A stretch of DNA of 64,000 nucleotides from assembly GCA_963662585.1 (NCBI GenBank), contig OY759729.1, forward strand, positions 1,784,234 to 1,848,233, in the 5' to 3' direction. The notes beneath the pieces were generated by a model, which saw only the letters and a program-made list of their open reading frames with translations, was not told the origin of the DNA and made no database searches. Below are positions 9,062-19,900 of the stretch, piece after piece. Every line of letters starts with the position of its first letter. Position 1 is the stretch's first letter. The stretch comes from Candidatus Cloacimonadales bacterium. Lineage in GTDB: Bacteria > Cloacimonadota > Cloacimonadia > Cloacimonadales > JAFGVF01. The position numbers were made by a program, and so were the translations under genes.

Positions 9062-10180
9062 ATGAAAAAACTCAAGGTTATTACTATCGTTGGAACGAGA
9101 CCGGAGATTATCCGTCTCTCCGAAGTAATGAAACTATTAGATAAATATACAGAGCACATAACTGTTCATACTGGACAGAACTACGATTATGAACTAAATG
9201 AAATATTTTATCAAGATTTAGATTTAAGGAAACCTGATTATTACCTAGGTGTTGATACTTCTTCTTTAGGTAAAGTCTTAGGTGAAACTTTGATTAAGGT
9301 GGAAGAAGTATTTCTTAAAGAAAAACCAGATGCGGTTTTAATTTTGGGTGATACTAATGCTTCTATAGCTGGGATTATTGCTAAAAGAATGAAGATTCCT
9401 ATCTTTCATATGGAAGCAGGAAATAGATCTTTTGATTTTAATGTTCCAGAAGAAATTAATAGAAGAATTATTGATCATGTTGCAGATTTTAACTTAGTCT
9501 ATACTGAAAATTCTCGTAGACACCTCTTATCAGAAGGATTACCTCACAGGCATATTTATGTTACAGGTTCTCCTATGTACGAAGTGCTTCATAAAAATAT
9601 GGATAAAATAAAAGATTCCAAAATTTTAGAGGAGTTAGGCTTAAAAGAGAAAGAATACTTTATTGTCTCAACTCACAGAGAAGAGAATGTTGATAATCCT
9701 GAAAATCTTAGAGAAATTTTAGATACTCTTAATATGATTGCTGAGACTTACAATGTACCGGTTGTGGTTTCAACCCATCCTCGTACCAAAAAGAGATTAG
9801 AGATGTTAGGGCAAGTGAAAATAGATGAAAGGATTCAGATTCTAAAACCGTTTGGTTTTTTTGATTATAACAAGCTCCAAATGCATGCTATTTGTGCTAT
9901 TTCAGACAGTGGAACTATAAGTGAAGAGTCTTCAATGCTTAAGTTTCCAGCCGTAACTATTAGAAACTCTCTGGAAAGACCAGAGGCTATGGACTATGGC
10001 TCAATTATCTTAACAGGTTTGAAAGCAGATATTGTTTTAAATGCAATTAAAATAGCAGTTGAAGAACCAATTGATTTCAAAAAATGCCCAGAATATGAAG
10101 TAGATAATACTTCTTATAGGGTATTGAAAATTATTACGGGATTAAGTGGATTGAGAAATAGGTGGATAGGACTAGTATGA
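9062..10180 (+). CDS. fnlC: UDP-N-acetylglucosamine 2-epimerase, non-hydrolysing (FnlC/CapG/WbjD)
   Basis: 372 aa. KVITIVGTRPEIIRLS and HTGQNYDYELNEIF. Third gene of the fnl trio. Confidence 0.85.
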   Translation: MKKLKVITIVGTRPEIIRLSEVMKLLDKYTEHITVHTGQNYDYELNEIFYQDLDLRKPDYYLGVDTSSLGKVLGETLIKVEEVFLKEKPDAVLILGDTNASIAGIIAKRMKIPIFHMEAGNRSFDFNVPEEINRRIIDHVADFNLVYTENSRRHLLSEGLPHRHIYVTGSPMYEVLHKNMDKIKDSKILEELGLKEKEYFIVSTHREENVDNPENLREILDTLNMIAETYNVPVVVSTHPRTKKRLEMLGQVKIDERIQILKPFGFFDYNKLQMHAICAISDSGTISEESSMLKFPAVTIRNSLERPEAMDYGSIILTGLKADIVLNAIKIAVEEPIDFKKCPEYEVDNTSYRVLKIITGLSGLRNRWIGLV

Positions 10181-11364
10181 GGATATTTTTGATAACAGGC
10201 CACCAATATCCTGCTGGTAAAGCAGCCACAAATCGTATTAGATCTTATTTAGAAGTTCTTGTTCAACTGGGTCATGATGTTAATGTGTTAATTTACAGGT
10301 CTTCAGAGATTAGTGAAAATATTCAAAATAAGTTTAGAGGCAAGCTTAATGGAGTTCATTATTCAACTAGTGCAAATTCAGTTATTAAAAAAAAAAATCC
10401 TATTTTAGCTAGAATAACTTGGATTTATAGTTATATCAATGCTTTAAAAATATTGAAAGATGAAAATAAAAAAAAACATATCGACATAATAATCCAAGGC
10501 AGTTCTAAAAGTTCAATTATTCCTTTTGTATATTTGATTTCAAGGGTTATGGGAACCAAATATATTTTAGAAAATAGTGAGTATCCATGGTTTATATTAA
10601 AAAAAAAAGTAAGCAATTTTCTGTATAAACCATTATATCTATATATATATTATCGATTATTTGATGGGTTTTTCCTAATGACGCAAAGTTTAATAGAATA
10701 TCACAAAAAATACTGTAAGAATACGGCCACAATGTTGCATATGCCGATGACAGTTGATTATGATAGATTTAATATTAATATTGAAAAAGAAAATCTAATC
10801 ACTTATGTTGGTAATAAGAGTTTTTTCAAAGATGGTGTAGATATATTGATTAAATCATTTGCAAATGTTTCGCCAGAATATCCTAAATGGAAGCTTATGA
10901 TAGTTGGTGAAACAACAAAAGATGATTATATCAAAGATTATTTTAGTGAGCTCAATCTTAGTGAAAAACTAATTTTAACAGGAAATGTTCATAGAGATGA
11001 AATTCCTGCACTTGTTTGCAAATCAAAAATATTAGCACTGTCCCGACCAAATAACAAACAGGCTGAAGGTGGATTCCCTACAAAACTTGGTGAATATTTA
11101 GCTTCAGGAAATCTTGTTATTGCGACTTCTGTTGGAGAAATTCCAAATTATTTGAAAGATAATGTAAATGCCTTGTTAGCATTTCCTAATGATATTGATA
11201 GTTTTTCCAACAGGTTAAGAGATGGAATGCAAAATTATGCCGAATTATCAGAAGTGAGAAAGAAGGGTAGAATTCTTGCAAAAGAGGTTTTTAACGCTAG
11301 AACTCAAGGAAAACGACTTTCAGAATTTTTAATGAGTTTCTTCAACCATAAGGAATTAATATGA
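10177..11364 (+). CDS. Glycosyltransferase family 4 (WbuB-like position, candidate L-FucNAc transferase)
   Basis: ATG 10177 overlaps the fnlC stop (ATGA); the track start 10162 is a GTG. GT-B C-terminal region NKQAEGGFPTKLGEYLASGNLVIATSVGEIP. Confidence 0.7.
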   Translation: MRIFLITGHQYPAGKAATNRIRSYLEVLVQLGHDVNVLIYRSSEISENIQNKFRGKLNGVHYSTSANSVIKKKNPILARITWIYSYINALKILKDENKKKHIDIIIQGSSKSSIIPFVYLISRVMGTKYILENSEYPWFILKKKVSNFLYKPLYLYIYYRLFDGFFLMTQSLIEYHKKYCKNTATMLHMPMTVDYDRFNINIEKENLITYVGNKSFFKDGVDILIKSFANVSPEYPKWKLMIVGETTKDDYIKDYFSELNLSEKLILTGNVHRDEIPALVCKSKILALSRPNNKQAEGGFPTKLGEYLASGNLVIATSVGEIPNYLKDNVNALLAFPNDIDSFSNRLRDGMQNYAELSEVRKKGRILAKEVFNARTQGKRLSEFLMSFFNHKELI

Positions 11365-12677
11365 ATAAAACTAAACTAATCGATTTGATATCAGGAAAAA
11401 ATGTTTTCAAATACTATGAACTTTACAAAAAAACTCAATGGTTTTCTAAGGAAGAAATGGAAGAATTCCAATTAAAAAAATTACAAGCTCTTGTAAATCA
11501 TTGTTTTGTTAATGTACCATATTATACTGAAATTATGAAAAACAATAGCATCATCCCATCAGACATTAAAAGTATAAAAGATTTAGAAAAATTCCCAATA
11601 TTGACTAAAGAGATTATTCAAGAAAATTACGAAAAGTTTTATCCTCTTAATTTAAATAAAATTAAGGGGGTAAAAACCAGTCAAACCTCAGGTACAACAG
11701 GTAGTGTTTTATATAAGAGAAATGATGCAAACACTAGAAGCTCTGTCTGGGGATCATATAAAAGATTTTATGACTGGATGGGAATAAATGAAAAAGACAA
11801 AAATTTTTTATATATGAGTGAAAGTCTTTTAAAGGTAGGAAAAAAGAAAAAAATCTCAAAATATATTAGTCATAAGTTAAAAAACACTATTTCCATAAGT
11901 CCTCATGATACGAGCAAAGCAACATTCGATAAAATAATTTCTATCTTAAATAATAAAAACATCCAATTTATAAGATGTTATCCTCAAGCTTTATATACAT
12001 TAGCATTAAAATTGAAAGAACATGGGCATAGATTTTCACTAAAAGCAATCATGACAACAGCTGAACCATTGACGATTCAACATAGAGAACTATTTAAAGA
12101 GGTTTTTAATGCAGACTGTTTTGATCAATATGGTTCTGGAGAGATAGGTGGTCTTGCCTATGAGTGTTCTGAACATTGTGGATTGCACATAACTGAAGAA
12201 AGAGTCATCATAGAGAGTAATGAAAAGAATGAATTATTGATTACAGATCTAGATAATTATTCTATGCCATTTATTAGATATTGGAATGCTGATCAGGCTA
12301 TTATTTCGGAAAAAAAATGTGCATGCGGACGAGAAGGTAAAATGATAGAACGGGTGTTAGGAAGAACTTGTGATTGTTTAGTTGGAGTTAACGATATAGT
12401 TGTGCATTGGGGTTTTTTTTGGCAGTTGCTGATGTATGATACAAAAATTGCTACAAAGAGAAATTTTAAAAAATTTCAATTAATTCAAAAAACTAAGGAT
12501 CACTTAGTGTTTAGAATAGTTGGTGAATTTTTATCTAAAGAAGAAGAGTCTCAGATAATTTCGATAACAAGAAAGAAATTAGGAGATATGAAAATTGATT
12601 TTATTTATGAAGAAGATATTGAAAATTCAATATCAGGTAAGTATAGAACTTTTATAAATGAAACAATTTTGAGATAA
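11361..12677 (+). CDS. CapK/PaaK-like adenylate-forming ligase (phenylacetate-CoA ligase / F390 synthetase family)
   Basis: 438 aa with the AMP-binding P-loop SQTSGTTGS. ATGA overlap with the upstream GT. Confidence 0.65.
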   Translation: MNKTKLIDLISGKNVFKYYELYKKTQWFSKEEMEEFQLKKLQALVNHCFVNVPYYTEIMKNNSIIPSDIKSIKDLEKFPILTKEIIQENYEKFYPLNLNKIKGVKTSQTSGTTGSVLYKRNDANTRSSVWGSYKRFYDWMGINEKDKNFLYMSESLLKVGKKKKISKYISHKLKNTISISPHDTSKATFDKIISILNNKNIQFIRCYPQALYTLALKLKEHGHRFSLKAIMTTAEPLTIQHRELFKEVFNADCFDQYGSGEIGGLAYECSEHCGLHITEERVIIESNEKNELLITDLDNYSMPFIRYWNADQAIISEKKCACGREGKMIERVLGRTCDCLVGVNDIVVHWGFFWQLLMYDTKIATKRNFKKFQLIQKTKDHLVFRIVGEFLSKEEESQIISITRKKLGDMKIDFIYEEDIENSISGKYRTFINETILR

Positions 12678-12684
12678 GGATAAT

Positions 12685-13752
12685 ATGAAAAAAATAATTA
12701 TATTAGCATCAGCAGAAATGGGAACAGGAACTACTGAAGCAAAATTTGTTCCAATTATTAATACTCAAAAAATTTCTAAAATATATGTATTGCGAAAGAG
12801 CAAAGGTATAGAAATAAATGGTGTAGAGTACTTAGTAGTACCTAAACTTTTCAGAGGGAAAATTAGTGGGTTAATTTTTAGACCTTTATTGCTACTGTAT
12901 TATGCTTTAAAGCTCAAGCCTGGAATCTTGCTTGCTTATCACTTGATTCCTCATTTATTCTTCGTTGCTATTGTAGGCTATCTCTGTAAAATACCCTATA
13001 TCATAGGTCAAACTGGTCTAAGTATTCAAGAAAAAAATACAAATAATAAAGTACTTAGGTTTTTTATACTTAAAGCACTGAAGCATGCTTCATATTTGAA
13101 TGTTCCAGGCACTAAATCATATGAGTTCTGGAAAGAATTAGGTGTCAGTGAAAAAAAAATCAATTTACTTCATAGCACAATTGATACTGATAAGTTTCAT
13201 TTTCAAAATAGTCAAAAAAAATACGATTTTATAGTTCTTGGTGGACTTTGTAAAGGAAAGCGTATAGATTTAATAATCAATATTTTATATAAATTAAAAG
13301 AAGAAGGGCATCCTTATAAAGCTGTTATAGTAGGAGATGGAGAGGAGAGAGTTAATCTCTTGAACCAAGTTAAAAAGCTAAATTTATCTAATCATATAGA
13401 GTTTGTAGGTTTTCAAAAAAATACAGCTAACTGGTTTAATAGCTCCAAATATTTTCTTATGCATTCTGAAAGCGAAGGTCTTCCCACAGCTTTAATGCAA
13501 GCTATGGCTTGCCATTTAATACCTATAGTTACTAATGTGGGTAATATTCCTGATTTGGTAAACCCTAACAATGGATTTTTAATTGAATTTGGAGATGAAG
13601 AGTCTTACAGGAAAAGTTTAATAACTCTATTAAAGGCAGATATCAAGTCGTTAACATCTCTTCAATTATCAGGTCGTTCAGAAATTGAGCAAAAGCATTC
13701 TTATAAATATGCAACACATAAATGGATTAAACTAATTGAAGATATTAAATAA
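12685..13752 (+). CDS. Glycosyltransferase family 4
   Basis: 355 aa. HSESEGLPTALMQAMACHLIPIVTNVGNIPDLV is the E-x7-E GT4 motif. Confidence 0.7.
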   Translation: MKKIIILASAEMGTGTTEAKFVPIINTQKISKIYVLRKSKGIEINGVEYLVVPKLFRGKISGLIFRPLLLLYYALKLKPGILLAYHLIPHLFFVAIVGYLCKIPYIIGQTGLSIQEKNTNNKVLRFFILKALKHASYLNVPGTKSYEFWKELGVSEKKINLLHSTIDTDKFHFQNSQKKYDFIVLGGLCKGKRIDLIINILYKLKEEGHPYKAVIVGDGEERVNLLNQVKKLNLSNHIEFVGFQKNTANWFNSSKYFLMHSESEGLPTALMQAMACHLIPIVTNVGNIPDLVNPNNGFLIEFGDEESYRKSLITLLKADIKSLTSLQLSGRSEIEQKHSYKYATHKWIKLIEDIK

Positions 13753-13860
13753 GTTTGGACTATATTATGGATTTATATTATAAGTTAAAAAGTTTTAAAT
13801 AATGTAATAAAGATGATTTTATTAAGTCAATGCAACAGATATTGGAAGGAGATTGTATTA

Positions 13861-15219
13861 ATGAGTTTCAATAATATTGTATCAGAAAAATTTATTTTGC
13901 CATTAAGCGATTTATTGCTAGGTTTTTCAATTAACAAAGATCTGAAATTTCTTATGAAAAGCCAATGGTGGAGTAAAAAACAAATTGATGATTATCAAAA
14001 TAAGAAGTTAAGAGAACTTATTCACCATGCATATACCAATGTTCCATATTATAAGGAAATGTTTGATAAAATTGGACTAAAACCAGAAGACATTAAAACA
14101 AAAGAAGATTTACATAAAATTCCTATTACTACAAAATCAGATTTAAAAAAACATAAAGATAAGCATGTAGCTGTAAATATTTCTCCTAAAAATTTAATGT
14201 TTAGAAGTTCAAGTGGATCTACAGGAGAACCATTTCAATTTTATACCACAAAAAAAGCTGAATCATTTTCTAAGGCAACAACTATTAGGGGGTGGTATTG
14301 GATGGGATATAAGCTTGGTGATAAATATGTCAAACTTAGTATGAATCCCCGATCATCAAAAATAAAGAAACTCCAAGACAAAATTAATAATTGTTTGTAT
14401 TTGTCCGTAAATCAATTGTCACCTAAAGAGATTGTTAAGATTGGAAAAGCTATAAGTAATTTCAACCCTAAATTTATTCGTGGGTACCCTGTTCCTCTCT
14501 ATTCGCTTGCAAAGGCTATTAAAGATGTGGGAGGATATTCAAAAAGTTCTTTAAGAGGAATAAATACTACCGGTAGTTCTTTGCGTGAAAATGTTCGTGA
14601 CGAGATAGAATCTGTATTTCAAAGCAAAATTTATGATGCTTATAGTTGCGAAGGTGGTTCATGTTTTCATCAATGTTCAGCAAGTAAATTCTATCATCCT
14701 GCTGAAGAATATGCTATTTCAGAATTTATTGAAGATGATTTCTCCAAATCAAACAATGAATATCCTTTAAGGCATATTACAACAGATCTGCATAATTTTG
14801 CTTCACCTTTTATTAGATATGATACCCAAGATTATATTATTTTAGAAGATAAAGATAGGTGTGAATGTGGAAGAAGTTTTATTAATGTTAAAAAAATATT
14901 GGGTAGAGATGGTGATATTTTGATTACTCCATCTGGGAAGTATTTAATTGTAGAAAATTTTGTTGCTTATTTTGAATGGATAGTTGGGATAGATCAAATA
15001 CAAGTTATCCAAGAAAAAATAAATAAAATTACTATAAATATTATTATAAACAATGATTTTACTAAAACAATTTTTAATACAGTTCAGGATTATTGGAAGA
15101 CCTACATAGGAAATGATGTTGAAGTTAATCTCAAAATAGTTGATGATATAAGACTAACACCCACAGGCAAAAGAAGAACTGTTATTCGAAATGCGGACAT
15201 AAAATTATATGATAATTAA
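13861..15219 (+). CDS. Second CapK/PaaK-like adenylate-forming ligase
   Basis: RBS GGAAGGAG lies 8 nt before ATG 13861; the track start 13813 is less likely. P-loop SSSGSTGEPF. Paralogue of 11361-12677. Confidence 0.65.
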   Translation: MSFNNIVSEKFILPLSDLLLGFSINKDLKFLMKSQWWSKKQIDDYQNKKLRELIHHAYTNVPYYKEMFDKIGLKPEDIKTKEDLHKIPITTKSDLKKHKDKHVAVNISPKNLMFRSSSGSTGEPFQFYTTKKAESFSKATTIRGWYWMGYKLGDKYVKLSMNPRSSKIKKLQDKINNCLYLSVNQLSPKEIVKIGKAISNFNPKFIRGYPVPLYSLAKAIKDVGGYSKSSLRGINTTGSSLRENVRDEIESVFQSKIYDAYSCEGGSCFHQCSASKFYHPAEEYAISEFIEDDFSKSNNEYPLRHITTDLHNFASPFIRYDTQDYIILEDKDRCECGRSFINVKKILGRDGDILITPSGKYLIVENFVAYFEWIVGIDQIQVIQEKINKITINIIINNDFTKTIFNTVQDYWKTYIGNDVEVNLKIVDDIRLTPTGKRRTVIRNADIKLYDN

Positions 15220-16078
15220 ATCTCTTGTTAAAGGAATTTTATCTTACATTCCTGGTGTTTTAGAATACAGCCATCATAATAGAAATAAAATGAGGCATAG
15301 TTGTGCTGATTCTCACTATAGCTATAATCTTTGGCTAACAATTTTTTTATTTTTAAAAGAAAATAACGTAAATCCACATTTTGATACAATTGCTGAATTA
15401 GGAACAGGAGGTTCTTTAGGAGTGGCAAGTTGTTTTTTGTTATTAGGTGTAAAGCAATTTTACGCATTAGAAGTAGAAGATGAATTCGATTTAGACAAAA
15501 ATCTAAAAATATATGATGAACTGGTGAATCTTCTAAGGATACAAAGCCCTGCAACATCAAAATATAAAAATTTAAATTTTAGATTAATTGATTCAGCTTA
15601 CCCTGAGGAACTGAAAAACTTAGAAATTCTTAAATCTGAGAATATTGAATCTGTAAGAAAGTCACTATTATCTATAGGTCAGTCAGATAATCGGATAAAG
15701 ATTATTTATGATTGGCACAATAAAGAAAAGATATCTTTAGATTTTATTTACTCAAGAGCTGTTATGGAACATGTTGATAATCCTCCAGAAGTTCATCTCA
15801 AGCTATATAACACTTTAAATGAAGGTGGTTATATATTGCATGATATCGAACTTCACTCACATGGAATCACTAAGCAACCGCATGGTCACCTTAAGATTAA
15901 TAAGTTTGTTTGGAAACTTATTAAAGGGAAAAGAAAATATTCATTGAATAGATTTACCATGGAAGATCATCTTGATGCTATGAAAAATTGTGGGTTCAAA
16001 ATTATCTCTCAAAATCCTGTATATCTTGAAAATTACTCCAAACATGCATATGGGGTTGTTATATTGGCAATGAAATAA
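15209..16078 (+). CDS. Class I SAM-dependent methyltransferase (tentative)
   Basis: 289 aa with motif I-like AELGTGGSLG. 11-nt overlap with the upstream ligase. Confidence 0.5.
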   Translation: MIIKSLVKGILSYIPGVLEYSHHNRNKMRHSCADSHYSYNLWLTIFLFLKENNVNPHFDTIAELGTGGSLGVASCFLLLGVKQFYALEVEDEFDLDKNLKIYDELVNLLRIQSPATSKYKNLNFRLIDSAYPEELKNLEILKSENIESVRKSLLSIGQSDNRIKIIYDWHNKEKISLDFIYSRAVMEHVDNPPEVHLKLYNTLNEGGYILHDIELHSHGITKQPHGHLKINKFVWKLIKGKRKYSLNRFTMEDHLDAMKNCGFKIISQNPVYLENYSKHAYGVVILAMK

Positions 16079-16207
16079 ACTTTTATTTATGATGTCATAG
16101 ATTAACTAAAGGTTTAGTTTGTACTAATGCTTAAGAGTGTAAAGTTTTCTTTGATGTATTTACTCTCATGAAACCTAAAAACAAAAATTTTTTTATAAAG
16201 GACCAAA

Positions 16208-17344
16208 ATGAAAGTTATATTTGCAGTTAATCACCCATCACAATACCACATGTTTAAAAATCTTGCAAGAAAAATTATAAAAGATAATGGAGATGTAATG
16301 TTCTTTATTCAGTCAAGGGGGATTATAGAAGATTTAATTGAATCTGATGGCTTTAAATATAGATATTCAGTATCTACTAAAATAAGATCTAATCTAAAAG
16401 GTAAGGTAGGCATTGCACTCCGAACTGTTATTACTTTGATTAGTCAAGAGTTAAATTTACTATTATATATGTGTTTTAATAAAGTTGATTTTTTAATGGG
16501 TACCGATGTCGCTATCTCGCATGTTGGATTTCTCTTTAGGAAAAAAGTTTTTGTATTTACTGATGATGATTACTATTTTATAAAACCGTTTTGCCATCTT
16601 GCTTTCCCTTTAGCTACACATATAGTTGCTGCAGAAGTTGTTGATGTAAATAAATGGAGTAAAAAACAAATAACCTACCTTGGTACTCAAAAAAATACAT
16701 ACTTGCACCCAAAATATTTTTCTCCAAATCCTGAGGTATTGGATAAGTATAAATTAGCAGGGAAAAGATTTTTTATAATACGATTAGTTGATTTTAAAGC
16801 ATTTCATGATTCATCACATAACGCTTTTACTGGCTTGTCTGATTTAGTGATTGATAACTTGCTAGCTTATTTAGAAAAATTAGGAGTAGTGATTATTAAC
16901 ATCGAAAAAGGATTAGACTCTAAATACGCTAACTATTCTCCTAAAATAGAACCTGAAGATATGCATAGTTTAATGTTTTATTCTGATCTATTAATTGGTG
17001 ATAGCCAAAGTATGATTATAGAGGCAGCTTTGTTAGGAACTCCTGCTATAAGATCTAATAAGTGGGTCGTATCGGAAGAAAAAGTTAGTGTTATAGAGTA
17101 TCTTGAAAAAAAGTATTCACTGTTTTATAGCGTAGCACCAAATGATGGTGACAGTATTTTAGAACTAACGAAAAAACTTATTGGTTTACATATAAAGGGT
17201 CAATGGAAAGAAAAGAGAGAAAAATTCTTTTCAGAAAATACAAATCTTACAGACTTTTTATTTTGGATTATCAAAGATTATGAAACTAATATACAGGAAT
17301 TGAAGAAAAATAAAGACCTTATTAAGGAGTTTTCAAAATTATGA
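16208..17344 (+). CDS. DUF354-like GT-B-fold protein of unknown function
   Basis: 378 aa. The N-terminus MKVIFAVNHPSQYHMFKNLARKI…GDVMFF resembles DUF354/epimerase-like proteins. This is recall-based only. Confidence 0.35.
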   Translation: MKVIFAVNHPSQYHMFKNLARKIIKDNGDVMFFIQSRGIIEDLIESDGFKYRYSVSTKIRSNLKGKVGIALRTVITLISQELNLLLYMCFNKVDFLMGTDVAISHVGFLFRKKVFVFTDDDYYFIKPFCHLAFPLATHIVAAEVVDVNKWSKKQITYLGTQKNTYLHPKYFSPNPEVLDKYKLAGKRFFIIRLVDFKAFHDSSHNAFTGLSDLVIDNLLAYLEKLGVVIINIEKGLDSKYANYSPKIEPEDMHSLMFYSDLLIGDSQSMIIEAALLGTPAIRSNKWVVSEEKVSVIEYLEKKYSLFYSVAPNDGDSILELTKKLIGLHIKGQWKEKREKFFSENTNLTDFLFWIIKDYETNIQELKKNKDLIKEFSKL

Positions 17345-18402
17345 AGAAAATAATAACAATAGTTGGAGCAAGACCTCAATTTATAAAATTAGCACCGATA
17401 TCAAGAGAGCTTAGAAAGTATTTCAAGGAAATTATAGTTCATACTGGACAGCATTATGATGATAATATGTCTGATGTGTTTTTCAAGCAACTTAATATTC
17501 CTTATCCTGATATAAATCTAGGTGTTGGTTCTGCTTCTCATGCTATCCAAACAGCCAACATGTTGACCAAATTAGAGGAAATATTTATAAAAGAGAATCC
17601 ATCATTAATAGTAATTTTTGGTGACACAAATTCTACCTTAGCTGCTACCTTAGCTGCTGTTAAAATACATTTGCCCATTGCCCATATTGAAGCAGGCTTA
17701 AGAAATTTTGATCTCTCAATTCCAGAAGAAGTTAATAGACTTGTTGCTGACAGATTATCTACATTTCTTTATGCACCTACAAATCTAGCTGTTAATAACT
17801 TAGCTAAGGAAGGTATAAGAGAAAATGTATTTATGTTAGGTGATGTCATGTATGACTCTCTTTTAAGTGGATTAGAGAAGGCAAAGCAATTTTCTAAAAT
17901 ATTAAATACCTTAAATATTGAGGAAAAAAAATATTGCTTAGCTACAATTCATCGTGCAGAAAATACAGACAATATACATAATCTTAAAGAAGTAATCAAG
18001 GCTATAGGGCTGTTTGAAGAGAAGGTTATTTTTCCAATTCACCCAAGAACCAGAAAAGTAATTGAAGAGAATATAATTGAAATACCCCAAAATGTTATGC
18101 TTATACAACCACTAGGATATTTAGATTTTATTAGTTTAGAGAATAATGCTCGGATGATTGTAACAGACTCAGGCGGAGTACAAAAAGAAGCTTATTGCCT
18201 AAAAATCCCTTGTATTACAATTTTTCCATCGACATCTTGGAATGAAACAGTTGAAGATGGTTGGAATAAATTGGCAGATGCAAAAGTTGATTCAATCATG
18301 GAAAAGTATAATTCTGTTTATAATGATTCAATCTACAATTATCACTTTGGTGATGGAAATTCAGCTGTTAAGATTATCGATAACATTAAAAGTCTTATAT
18401 AG
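17341..18402 (+). CDS. UDP-N-acetylglucosamine 2-epimerase (WecB-type, non-hydrolysing)
   Basis: 353 aa. IVGARPQFIKLAPI, HTGQHYDDNMS, DSGGVQKEA. ATGA overlap with the upstream gene. Confidence 0.8.
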   Translation: MKKIITIVGARPQFIKLAPISRELRKYFKEIIVHTGQHYDDNMSDVFFKQLNIPYPDINLGVGSASHAIQTANMLTKLEEIFIKENPSLIVIFGDTNSTLAATLAAVKIHLPIAHIEAGLRNFDLSIPEEVNRLVADRLSTFLYAPTNLAVNNLAKEGIRENVFMLGDVMYDSLLSGLEKAKQFSKILNTLNIEEKKYCLATIHRAENTDNIHNLKEVIKAIGLFEEKVIFPIHPRTRKVIEENIIEIPQNVMLIQPLGYLDFISLENNARMIVTDSGGVQKEAYCLKIPCITIFPSTSWNETVEDGWNKLADAKVDSIMEKYNSVYNDSIYNYHFGDGNSAVKIIDNIKSLI

Positions 18403-18411
18403 GAGGATTAG

Positions 18412-19044
18412 ATGGATGATTTTAAAAAAGTACTAATATTAGCACCACATACAGATGATGGGGAGTTCGGTTGTGGAGGCACTATTGCTAAGCTTATAGA
18501 GCAAGGGGCAGATGTCTACTATGCTGCTTTTTCTCTTGCAGAGGAATCGGTTCCTGAGGGGTTCCCAAAGAATATTCTTGAGACTGAGGTAAAGTTAGCA
18601 ACAGAAATATTAGGAATTAAACCCGAAAATTTATTGATTTACCGATATCGTGTAAGGAGATTTGCTCAATATCGTCAAGAGATATTGGAAGATTTAGTTA
18701 AACTAAGTAGAGATTTAGCCCCAGATTTAGTCTTCTTACCTTCTACCAATGATTTACATCAAGATCATAGCACTATTGCTATAGAAGGAATTAGAGCATT
18801 TAAAAAGACAAGTATATTATCTTATGAAATTCCTTGGAACAATTTGAACTTTTCAACTCAGCTATTTGTCAAAATAACCGACAATCACCTTAAGAAAAAA
18901 ATTGAAGCATTAAAAGCTTATGAATCTCAATATCATAGATCATACGCATCCGAAGAATTTATAAAGAGCTTAGCTGTTACTAGAGGAACACAAATAGGCA
19001 CAAAATATGCTGAAATTTTTGAAGTAATTAGATGGATACTATAG
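18412..19044 (+). CDS. PIG-L/LmbE-family N-deacetylase
   Basis: 210 aa. APHTDDGEFGCGGTIAK (PHxDD metal motif) and HQDH. RBS AGGAGG upstream. Confidence 0.75.
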   Translation: MDDFKKVLILAPHTDDGEFGCGGTIAKLIEQGADVYYAAFSLAEESVPEGFPKNILETEVKLATEILGIKPENLLIYRYRVRRFAQYRQEILEDLVKLSRDLAPDLVFLPSTNDLHQDHSTIAIEGIRAFKKTSILSYEIPWNNLNFSTQLFVKITDNHLKKKIEALKAYESQYHRSYASEEFIKSLAVTRGTQIGTKYAEIFEVIRWIL

Positions 19045-19054
19045 GATTAAGAAC

Positions 19055-19891
19055 ATGAAATATGAGAATAAAGAAAAAAATATTAAAATTTATGCTGAAG
19101 ATATTGAAATTGGAGAGAATGTTAAGTTTGGGGATAATATAAATATTAAAATTAACGGGAAATTTAAGATAGGTAATCACTCAAGATTAGGTTCTAATAC
19201 AAAAATTACAGGAAATAATATCATTTTAGGAGAACATTTATTTAATAGCAGTGGATTAATTATTGGGGGAGGTGGAAGATATCATCCAAATGCTAATTTA
19301 ACAATCGGTGATAGATGTACAATTCATAATAACTTTATCAATGTTTGCGAGGATATCATTATTGGTAATGATGTTGGGCTTTCTCCAGATGTATCTATCC
19401 TGTCTCATGGATATTGGTTATCTGTTTTAGAAGGATATCCTGCAAAATTTTCTGGTGTAAAAATTGGAAATTCTGTCATAGTTGGTTATAGAAGTCTTAT
19501 AATGATGGGTGTTAGTATAGCTAATGAGGTTGTTGTAGGAGCTTCTTCTGTAGTAACAAAATCAATAGATAAAAAAGGAATTTATGCAGGTAATCCTGCA
19601 AGATTTTTAAAAGAAATAAAACCGTTGACTGAAAATGAAAGTATAGAAAAAGTACAGCAAATTGTGATTGAATATAAGAAAATTGCAAAATATCATAATA
19701 TTACTCCTAAAATAAAAATTGATTACCCACTAATATATGTTAATGATTTGTGCATCAATGTTATTACTCAATCCCACGAAGGTACAGAAGATAACGAAAC
19801 AGATGATTTTAGAGATTATGTGAGAAAATGGGGTATAAGGATTTATACTAGCAGAGGCTTTAAATCAATTTTACCTGAAAGGTTAAGGTAG
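19055..19891 (+). CDS. Left-handed beta-helix (hexapeptide-repeat) acyl/acetyltransferase
   Basis: 278 aa with imperfect hexapeptide periodicity over roughly residues 20-180 (IGENVKFGDNINIKINGKFKIGNHSRLGSNTKITGNNIILGEH…). Confidence 0.6.
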   Translation: MKYENKEKNIKIYAEDIEIGENVKFGDNINIKINGKFKIGNHSRLGSNTKITGNNIILGEHLFNSSGLIIGGGGRYHPNANLTIGDRCTIHNNFINVCEDIIIGNDVGLSPDVSILSHGYWLSVLEGYPAKFSGVKIGNSVIVGYRSLIMMGVSIANEVVVGASSVVTKSIDKKGIYAGNPARFLKEIKPLTENESIEKVQQIVIEYKKIAKYHNITPKIKIDYPLIYVNDLCINVITQSHEGTEDNETDDFRDYVRKWGIRIYTSRGFKSILPERLR

Positions 19892-19900
19892 GTAATAGAT

